Positions 30,601 to 36,575 of a stretch of DNA of 36,575 nucleotides are shown here, piece by piece (positions within the stretch are counted from its first letter, which is position 1; the number at the start of each line of letters is the position of its first letter). The notes below the pieces were generated by a model. It did not search any database and had not been told where the DNA came from. It worked only from the letters and a program-made list of their open reading frames with translations. Source of the DNA: Escherichia phage T7; the sequence record MZ375294.1, one strand, 5' to 3'. Made by a program: the position numbers and the translations under genes.

Positions 30601-31562
30601 CTGCGCGTCAAGGTATGCTTGGGGATGTTATTAGTGCCACCCTAACAGGTAAGACTACCCGCTGGGAGAAAGAAGGCTTCCTTCGTGGTGCCTCCGTAAC
30701 TCCTGAGCAGATGGCTGGTATCAAGTCTCTCATCAAGGAACATATGGTACGCGGTGAGGACGGGAAGTTTACCGTTAAGGACAAGCAAGCGTTCTCTATG
30801 GACCCACGGGCTATGGACTTATGGAGACTGGCTGACAAGGTAGCTGATGAGGCAATGCTGCGTCCACATAAGGTGTCCTTACAGGATTCCCATGCGTTCG
30901 GAGCACTAGGTAAGATGGTTATGCAGTTTAAGTCTTTCACTATCAAGTCCCTTAACTCTAAGTTCCTGCGAACCTTCTATGATGGATACAAGAACAACCG
31001 AGCGATTGACGCTGCGCTGAGCATCATCACCTCTATGGGTCTCGCTGGTGGTTTCTATGCTATGGCTGCACACGTCAGAGCATACGCTCTGCCTAAGGAG
31101 AAACGTAAGGAGTACTTGGAGCGTGCACTGGACCCAACCATGATTGCCCACGCTGCGTTATCTCGTAGTTCTCAATTGGGTGTTCCTTTGGCTATGGTTG
31201 ACCTAGTTGGTGGTGTTTTAGGGTTCGAGTCCTCCAAGATGGCTCGCTCTACGATTCTACCTAAGGACACCGTGAAGGAACGTGACCCAAACAAACCGTA
31301 CACCTCTAGAGAGGTAATGGGCGCTATGGGTTCAAACCTTCTGGAACAGATGCCTTCGGCTGGCTTTGTGGCTAACGTAGGGGCTACCTTAATGAATGCT
31401 GCTGGCGTGGTCAACTCACCTAATAAAGCAACCGAGCAGGACTTCATGACTGGTCTTATGAACTCCACAAAAGAGTTAGTACCGAACGACCCATTGACTC
31501 AACAGCTTGTGTTGAAGATTTATGAGGCGAACGGTGTTAACTTGAGGGAGCGTAGGAAATAA
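27606..31562 (+). CDS. 16: Internal virion (core) protein D gp16 with N-terminal lytic transglycosylase domain
   Basis: 1318-aa ORF; N-terminus VAWTESRFVPTAKSKTGPLGMMQFT resembles the lytic transglycosylase catalytic Glu motif. Confidence 0.95.
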   Translation: MDKYDKNVPSDYDGLFQKAADANGVSYDLLRKVAWTESRFVPTAKSKTGPLGMMQFTKATAKALGLRVTDGPDDDRLNPELAINAAAKQLAGLVGKFDGDELKAALAYNQGEGRLGNPQLEAYSKGDFASISEEGRNYMRNLLDVAKSPMAGQLETFGGITPKGKGIPAEVGLAGIGHKQKVTQELPESTSFDVKGIEQEATAKPFAKDFWETHGETLDEYNSRSTFFGFKNAAEAELSNSVAGMTFRAGRLDNGFDVFKDTITPTRWNSHIWTPEELEKIRTEVKNPAYINVVTGGSPENLDDLIKLANENFENDSRAAEAGLGAKLSAGIIGAGVDPLSYVPMVGVTGKGFKLINKALVVGAESAALNVASEGLRTSVAGGDADYAGAALGGFVFGAGMSAISDAVAAGLKRSKPEAEFDNEFIGPMMRLEARETARNANSADLSRMNTENMKFEGEHNGVPYEDLPTERGAVVLHDGSVLSASNPINPKTLKEFSEVDPEKAARGIKLAGFTEIGLKTLGSDDADIRRVAIDLVRSPTGMQSGASGKFGATASDIHERLHGTDQRTYNDLYKAMSDAMKDPEFSTGGAKMSREETRYTIYRRAALAIERPELQKALTPSERIVMDIIKRHFDTKRELMENPAIFGNTKAVSIFPESRHKGTYVPHVYDRHAKALMIQRYGAEGLQEGIARSWMNSYVSRPEVKARVDEMLKELHGVKEVTPEMVEKYAMDKAYGISRSDQFTNSSIIEENIEGLVGIENNSFLEARNLFDSDLSITMPDGQQFSVNDLRDFDMFRIMPAYDRCVNGDIAIMGSTGKTTKELKDEILALKAKAEGDGKKTGEVHALMDTVKILTGRARRNQDTVWETSLRAINDLGFFAKNAYMGAQNITEIAGMIVTGNVRALGHGIPILRDTLYKSKPVSAKELKELHASLFGKEVDQLIRPKRADIVQRLREATDTGPAVANIVGTLKYSTQELAARSPWTKLLNGTTNYLLDAARQGMLGDVISATLTGKTTRWEKEGFLRGASVTPEQMAGIKSLIKEHMVRGEDGKFTVKDKQAFSMDPRAMDLWRLADKVADEAMLRPHKVSLQDSHAFGALGKMVMQFKSFTIKSLNSKFLRTFYDGYKNNRAIDAALSIITSMGLAGGFYAMAAHVRAYALPKEKRKEYLERALDPTMIAHAALSRSSQLGVPLAMVDLVGGVLGFESSKMARSTILPKDTVKERDPNKPYTSREVMGAMGSNLLEQMPSAGFVANVGATLMNAAGVVNSPNKATEQDFMTGLMNSTKELVPNDPLTQQLVLKIYEANGVNLRERRK

Positions 31563-31582
31563 TACGACTCACTATAGGGAGA
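31560..31582 (+). promoter_or_regulatory. T7 RNAP promoter phi17 (class III consensus)
   Basis: taatacgactcactatagggaga overlapping the gene 16 stop. Confidence 0.92.
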
Positions 31583-31634
31583 GGCGAAATAATCTTCTCC
31601 CTGTAGTCTCTTAGATTTACTTTAAGGAGGTCAA

Positions 31635-33296
31635 ATGGCTAACGTAATTAAAACCGTTTTGACTTACCAGTTAGATGGCTCCAATCGTGATTTTAATATC
31701 CCGTTTGAGTATCTAGCCCGTAAGTTCGTAGTGGTAACTCTTATTGGTGTAGACCGAAAGGTCCTTACGATTAATACAGACTATCGCTTTGCTACACGTA
31801 CTACTATCTCTCTGACAAAGGCTTGGGGTCCAGCCGATGGCTACACGACCATCGAGTTACGTCGAGTAACCTCCACTACCGACCGATTGGTTGACTTTAC
31901 GGATGGTTCAATCCTCCGCGCGTATGACCTTAACGTCGCTCAGATTCAAACGATGCACGTAGCGGAAGAGGCCCGTGACCTCACTACGGATACTATCGGT
32001 GTCAATAACGATGGTCACTTGGATGCTCGTGGTCGTCGAATTGTGAACCTAGCGAACGCCGTGGATGACCGCGATGCTGTTCCGTTTGGTCAACTAAAGA
32101 CCATGAACCAGAACTCATGGCAAGCACGTAATGAAGCCTTACAGTTCCGTAATGAGGCTGAGACTTTCAGAAACCAAGCGGAGGGCTTTAAGAACGAGTC
32201 CAGTACCAACGCTACGAACACAAAGCAGTGGCGCGATGAGACCAAGGGTTTCCGAGACGAAGCCAAGCGGTTCGAGAATACGGCTGGTCAATACGCTACA
32301 TCTGCTGGGAACTCTGCTTCCGCTGCGCATCAATCTGAGGTAAACGCTGAGAACTCTGCCACAGCATCCGCTAACTCTGCTCATTTGGCAGAACAGCAAG
32401 CAGACCGTGCGGAACGTGAGGCAGACAAGCTGGAAAATTACAATGGATTGGCTGGTGCAATTGATAAGGTAGATGGAACCAATGTGTACTGGAAAGGAAA
32501 TATTCACGCTAACGGGCGCCTTTACATGACCACAAACGGTTTTGACTGTGGCCAGTATCAACAGTTCTTTGGTGGTGTCACTAATCGTTACTCTGTCATG
32601 GAGTGGGGAGATGAGAACGGATGGCTGATGTATGTTCAACGTAGAGAGTGGACAACAGCGATAGGCGGTAACATCCAGTTAGTAGTAAACGGACAGATCA
32701 TCACCCAAGGTGGAGCCATGACCGGTCAGCTAAAATTGCAGAATGGGCATGTTCTTCAATTAGAGTCCGCATCCGACAAGGCGCACTATATTCTATCTAA
32801 AGATGGTAACAGGAATAACTGGTACATTGGTAGAGGGTCAGATAACAACAATGACTGTACCTTCCACTCCTATGTACATGGTACGACCTTAACACTCAAG
32901 CAGGACTATGCAGTAGTTAACAAACACTTCCACGTAGGTCAGGCCGTTGTGGCCACTGATGGTAATATTCAAGGTACTAAGTGGGGAGGTAAATGGCTGG
33001 ATGCTTACCTACGTGACAGCTTCGTTGCGAAGTCCAAGGCGTGGACTCAGGTGTGGTCTGGTAGTGCTGGCGGTGGGGTAAGTGTGACTGTTTCACAGGA
33101 TCTCCGCTTCCGCAATATCTGGATTAAGTGTGCCAACAACTCTTGGAACTTCTTCCGTACTGGCCCCGATGGAATCTACTTCATAGCCTCTGATGGTGGA
33201 TGGTTACGATTCCAAATACACTCCAACGGTCTCGGATTCAAGAATATTGCAGACAGTCATTCAGTACCTAAGGCAATCATGGTGGAGAACGAGTAA
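31635..33296 (+). CDS. 17: Tail fiber protein gp17
   Basis: 553-aa ORF MANVIKTVLTYQLDGSNRDFNIPFEYLARKFVVVTLIGVDRKVL... Confidence 0.95.
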   Translation: MANVIKTVLTYQLDGSNRDFNIPFEYLARKFVVVTLIGVDRKVLTINTDYRFATRTTISLTKAWGPADGYTTIELRRVTSTTDRLVDFTDGSILRAYDLNVAQIQTMHVAEEARDLTTDTIGVNNDGHLDARGRRIVNLANAVDDRDAVPFGQLKTMNQNSWQARNEALQFRNEAETFRNQAEGFKNESSTNATNTKQWRDETKGFRDEAKRFENTAGQYATSAGNSASAAHQSEVNAENSATASANSAHLAEQQADRAEREADKLENYNGLAGAIDKVDGTNVYWKGNIHANGRLYMTTNGFDCGQYQQFFGGVTNRYSVMEWGDENGWLMYVQRREWTTAIGGNIQLVVNGQIITQGGAMTGQLKLQNGHVLQLESASDKAHYILSKDGNRNNWYIGRGSDNNNDCTFHSYVHGTTLTLKQDYAVVNKHFHVGQAVVATDGNIQGTKWGGKWLDAYLRDSFVAKSKAWTQVWSGSAGGGVSVTVSQDLRFRNIWIKCANNSWNFFRTGPDGIYFIASDGGWLRFQIHSNGLGFKNIADSHSVPKAIMVENE

Positions 33297-33354
33297 TTGG
33301 TAAATCACAAGGAAAGACGTGTAGTCCACGGATGGACTCTCAAGGAGGTACAAG

Positions 33355-33558
33355 GTGCTATCATTAGACTTTAACAACGAATTGATTAAGGCTGCTCCAA
33401 TTGTTGGGACGGGTGTAGCAGATGTTAGTGCTCGACTGTTCTTTGGGTTAAGCCTTAACGAATGGTTCTACGTTGCTGCTATCGCCTACACAGTGGTTCA
33501 GATTGGTGCCAAGGTAGTCGATAAGATGATTGACTGGAAGAAAGCCAATAAGGAGTGA
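33355..33558 (+). CDS. 17.5: Holin gp17.5 (GTG start)
   Basis: 67-aa ORF with one hydrophobic segment FYVAAIAYTVVQIGAKVV and charged C-terminus. Confidence 0.85.
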   Translation: MLSLDFNNELIKAAPIVGTGVADVSARLFFGLSLNEWFYVAAIAYTVVQIGAKVVDKMIDWKKANKE

Positions 33559-33563
33559 TATGT

Positions 33564-33833
33564 ATGGAAAAGGATAAGAGCCTTATTACATTCTTAGAGA
33601 TGTTGGACACTGCGATGGCTCAGCGTATGCTTGCGGACCTTTCGGACCATGAGCGTCGCTCTCCGCAGCTCTATAATGCTATTAACAAACTGTTAGACCG
33701 CCACAAGTTCCAGATTGGTAAGTTGCAGCCGGATGTTCACATCTTAGGTGGCCTTGCTGGTGCTCTTGAAGAGTACAAAGAGAAAGTCGGTGATAACGGT
33801 CTTACGGATGATGATATTTACACATTACAGTGA
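33564..33833 (+). CDS. 18: Terminase small subunit gp18
   Basis: 89-aa ORF MEKDKSLITFLEMLDTAMAQRMLADLSDHERRSPQLYNAINKLLDRHKFQ... Confidence 0.9.
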   Translation: MEKDKSLITFLEMLDTAMAQRMLADLSDHERRSPQLYNAINKLLDRHKFQIGKLQPDVHILGGLAGALEEYKEKVGDNGLTDDDIYTLQ

Positions 33834-33834
33834 T

Positions 33835-33872
33835 ATACTCAAGGCCACTACAGATAGTGGTCTTTATGGATG
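33835..33872 (+). promoter_or_regulatory. RNase III processing hairpin R18.5
   Basis: atactcaaggccactacagatagtggtctttatggatg. Confidence 0.55.
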
Positions 33873-33927
33873 TCATTGTCTATACGAGATGCTCCTACGT
33901 GAAATCTGAAAGTTAACGGGAGGCATT

Positions 33928-34359
33928 ATGCTAGAATTTTTACGTAAGCTAATCCCTTGGGTTCTCGCTGGGATGCTATTCGGGTTAGGATGGCATCTAG
34001 GGTCAGACTCAATGGACGCTAAATGGAAACAGGAGGTACACAATGAGTACGTTAAGAGAGTTGAGGCTGCGAAGAGCACTCAAAGAGCAATCGATGCGGT
34101 ATCTGCTAAGTATCAAGAAGACCTTGCCGCGCTGGAAGGGAGCACTGATAGGATTATTTCTGATTTGCGTAGCGACAATAAGCGGTTGCGCGTCAGAGTC
34201 AAAACTACCGGAACCTCCGATGGTCAGTGTGGATTCGAGCCTGATGATCGAGCCGAACTTGACGACCGAGATGCTAAACGTATTCTCGCAGTGACCCAGA
34301 AGGGTGACGCATGGATTCGTGCGTTACAGGATACTATTCGTGAACTGCAACGTAAGTAG
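33928..34359 (+). CDS. 18.5: Rz-like inner-membrane spanin gp18.5
   Basis: 143-aa ORF with N-terminal TM segment WVLAGMLFGLGW and coiled-coil-like remainder. Confidence 0.85.
   Translation: MLEFLRKLIPWVLAGMLFGLGWHLGSDSMDAKWKQEVHNEYVKRVEAAKSTQRAIDAVSAKYQEDLAALEGSTDRIISDLRSDNKRLRVRVKTTGTSDGQCGFEPDDRAELDDRDAKRILAVTQKGDAWIRALQDTIRELQRK
34043..34294 (+). CDS. 18.7: Rz1-like outer-membrane lipoprotein spanin gp18.7, embedded in 18.5 in another frame
   Basis: 83-aa ORF with signal peptide and lipobox-like ATISGCAS, proline-rich; nested inside 18.5. Confidence 0.75.
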   Translation: MSTLRELRLRRALKEQSMRYLLSIKKTLPRWKGALIGLFLICVATISGCASESKLPEPPMVSVDSSLMIEPNLTTEMLNVFSQ

Positions 34360-34380
34360 GAAATCAAGTAAGGAGGCAAT

Positions 34381-36141
34381 GTGTCTACTCAATCCAATCG
34401 TAATGCGCTCGTAGTGGCGCAACTGAAAGGAGACTTCGTGGCGTTCCTATTCGTCTTATGGAAGGCGCTACACCTACCGGTGCCCACTAAGTGTCAGATT
34501 GACATGGCTAAGGTGCTGGCGAATGGAGACAACAAGAAGTTCATCTTACAGGCTTTCCGTGGTATCGGTAAGTCGTTCATCACATGTGCGTTCGTTGTGT
34601 GGTCCTTATGGAGAGACCCTCAGTTGAAGATACTTATCGTATCAGCCTCTAAGGAGCGTGCAGACGCTAACTCCATCTTTATTAAGAACATCATTGACCT
34701 GCTGCCATTCCTATCTGAGTTAAAGCCAAGACCCGGACAGCGTGACTCGGTAATCAGCTTTGATGTAGGCCCAGCCAATCCTGACCACTCTCCTAGTGTG
34801 AAATCAGTAGGTATCACTGGTCAGTTAACTGGTAGCCGTGCTGACATTATCATTGCGGATGACGTTGAGATTCCGTCTAACAGCGCAACTATGGGTGCCC
34901 GTGAGAAGCTATGGACTCTGGTTCAGGAGTTCGCTGCGTTACTTAAACCGCTGCCTTCCTCTCGCGTTATCTACCTTGGTACACCTCAGACAGAGATGAC
35001 TCTCTATAAGGAACTTGAGGATAACCGTGGGTACACAACCATTATCTGGCCTGCTCTGTACCCAAGGACACGTGAAGAGAACCTCTATTACTCACAGCGT
35101 CTTGCTCCTATGTTACGCGCTGAGTACGATGAGAACCCTGAGGCACTTGCTGGGACTCCAACAGACCCAGTGCGCTTTGACCGTGATGACCTGCGCGAGC
35201 GTGAGTTGGAATACGGTAAGGCTGGCTTTACGCTACAGTTCATGCTTAACCCTAACCTTAGTGATGCCGAGAAGTACCCGCTGAGGCTTCGTGACGCTAT
35301 CGTAGCGGCCTTAGACTTAGAGAAGGCCCCAATGCATTACCAGTGGCTTCCGAACCGTCAGAACATCATTGAGGACCTTCCTAACGTTGGCCTTAAGGGT
35401 GATGACCTGCATACGTACCACGATTGTTCCAACAACTCAGGTCAGTACCAACAGAAGATTCTGGTCATTGACCCTAGTGGTCGCGGTAAGGACGAAACAG
35501 GTTACGCTGTGCTGTACACACTGAACGGTTACATCTACCTTATGGAAGCTGGAGGTTTCCGTGATGGCTACTCCGATAAGACCCTTGAGTTACTCGCTAA
35601 GAAGGCAAAGCAATGGGGAGTCCAGACGGTTGTCTACGAGAGTAACTTCGGTGACGGTATGTTCGGTAAGGTATTCAGTCCTATCCTTCTTAAACACCAC
35701 AACTGTGCGATGGAAGAGATTCGTGCCCGTGGTATGAAAGAGATGCGTATTTGCGATACCCTTGAGCCAGTCATGCAGACTCACCGCCTTGTAATTCGTG
35801 ATGAGGTCATTAGGGCCGACTACCAGTCCGCTCGTGACGTAGACGGTAAGCATGACGTTAAGTACTCGTTGTTCTACCAGATGACCCGTATCACTCGTGA
35901 GAAAGGCGCTCTGGCTCATGATGACCGATTGGATGCCCTTGCGTTAGGCATTGAGTATCTCCGTGAGTCCATGCAGTTGGATTCCGTTAAGGTCGAGGGT
36001 GAAGTACTTGCTGACTTCCTTGAGGAACACATGATGCGTCCTACGGTTGCTGCTACGCATATCATTGAGATGTCTGTGGGAGGAGTTGATGTGTACTCTG
36101 AGGACGATGAGGGTTACGGTACGTCTTTCATTGAGTGGTGA
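34381..36141 (+). CDS. 19: Terminase large subunit gp19 (GTG start in the track)
   Basis: 586-aa ORF; Walker A-like FRGIGKSF; acidic nuclease-domain residues. Confidence 0.95.
   Translation: MSTQSNRNALVVAQLKGDFVAFLFVLWKALHLPVPTKCQIDMAKVLANGDNKKFILQAFRGIGKSFITCAFVVWSLWRDPQLKILIVSASKERADANSIFIKNIIDLLPFLSELKPRPGQRDSVISFDVGPANPDHSPSVKSVGITGQLTGSRADIIIADDVEIPSNSATMGAREKLWTLVQEFAALLKPLPSSRVIYLGTPQTEMTLYKELEDNRGYTTIIWPALYPRTREENLYYSQRLAPMLRAEYDENPEALAGTPTDPVRFDRDDLRERELEYGKAGFTLQFMLNPNLSDAEKYPLRLRDAIVAALDLEKAPMHYQWLPNRQNIIEDLPNVGLKGDDLHTYHDCSNNSGQYQQKILVIDPSGRGKDETGYAVLYTLNGYIYLMEAGGFRDGYSDKTLELLAKKAKQWGVQTVVYESNFGDGMFGKVFSPILLKHHNCAMEEIRARGMKEMRICDTLEPVMQTHRLVIRDEVIRADYQSARDVDGKHDVKYSLFYQMTRITREKGALAHDDRLDALALGIEYLRESMQLDSVKVEGEVLADFLEEHMMRPTVAATHIIEMSVGGVDVYSEDDEGYGTSFIEW
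35027..35284 (+). CDS. 19.2: Gene 19.2, ORF in an alternative frame inside gene 19
   Basis: Track ORF 35015-35284 ends where annotated T7 gene 19.2 would end; expression unverified. Confidence 0.3.
   Translation: MGTQPLSGLLCTQGHVKRTSITHSVLLLCYALSTMRTLRHLLGLQQTQCALTVMTCASVSWNTVRLALRYSSCLTLTLVMPRSTR
35564..35737 (+). CDS. 19.3: Gene 19.3, ORF in an alternative frame inside gene 19
   Basis: 57-aa [25 protein letters not shown]... at the position of annotated T7 gene 19.3; expression unverified. Confidence 0.3.
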   Translation: MATPIRPLSYSLRRQSNGESRRLSTRVTSVTVCSVRYSVLSFLNTTTVRWKRFVPVV

Positions 36142-36222
36142 TTTATGCATTAGGACTGCATAGGGATGCACTATAGACCACGGATGGTCAGTTCTTTAAG
36201 TTACTGAAAAGACACGATAAAT

Positions 36223-36245
36223 TAATACGACTCACTATAGGGAGA
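36223..36245 (+). promoter_or_regulatory. T7 RNAP promoter phiOR (replication-associated, right end)
   Basis: taatacgactcactatagggaga. Confidence 0.9.
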
Positions 36246-36310
36246 GGAGGGACGAAAGGTTACTATATAGATACTGAATGAATACTTATAGAGTGCATAA
36301 AGTATGCATA

Positions 36311-36395
36311 ATGGAGTTCCTATAGTGACCTCTAAGAATGGTGATTATATTGTATTAGTATCACCTTAACTTAAGGGCCTATGGAGTTCCTATAG
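36311..36395 (+). repeat. Two 15-bp direct repeats atggagttcctatag (36311-36325 and 36381-36395) flanking the right-end deletion junction
   Basis: Exact 15-bp copies 70 bp apart between phiOR and the right terminal repeat. Confidence 0.8.
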
Positions 36396-36432
36396 GGTCC
36401 TTTAAAATATACCATAAAAATCTGAGTGACTA

Positions 36433-36575
36433 TCTCACAGTGTACGGACCTAAAGTTCCCCCCATAGGGTGTACCTAAAGCCCAGCCAATCACCTAAAGT
36501 CAACCTTCGGTTGACCTTGAGGGTTCCCTAAGGGTTTGTCTTTGGGTGTTACCTTGAGTGTCTCTCTGTGTCCCT
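36433..36575 (+). repeat. Right direct terminal repeat
   Basis: Exact copy of bases 1-143. Confidence 0.95.

Overview
This window is essentially a complete linear genome of a T7-type coliphage (Teseptimavirus), 36,575 bp, bounded by identical 143-bp direct terminal repeats (1-143 and 36433-36575). All genes are on the + strand in canonical T7 order: early region (ocr, 0.7 kinase, gene 1 RNA polymerase), DNA metabolism genes (1.3 ligase, 2.5 SSB, 3 endonuclease, 3.5 lysozyme, 4 primase-helicase, 5 DNA polymerase, 6 exonuclease), structural genes 8-17 and lysis/packaging genes 17.5-19. There are 17 T7-RNAP promoters of the TAATACGACTCACTATAGGGAGA family, three strong sigma70 early promoters, the TE and Tphi terminators and RNase III hairpins. 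I found no inserted foreign block, CRISPR array, tRNA, IS element or candidate novel system: every segment is collinear with T7. What is unusual is that the genome is about 3.4 kb shorter than canonical T7 (size from recollection, not computed) through nine discrete deletions confined to nonessential genes (0.4-0.6, 1.4, 1.7, 3.8, 4.3, 4.7, 5.3, 7.7, 19.5 region). Five of these begin exactly at a start codon, which looks designed rather than spontaneous. The other notable points are a premature ochre stop in gene 2.5 that removes the acidic C-terminal tail, a +1 G-to-T change in the phi10 promoter, and scattered point differences from the T7 reference as I recall it. All comparisons to reference T7 are from memory and need confirmation by alignment.
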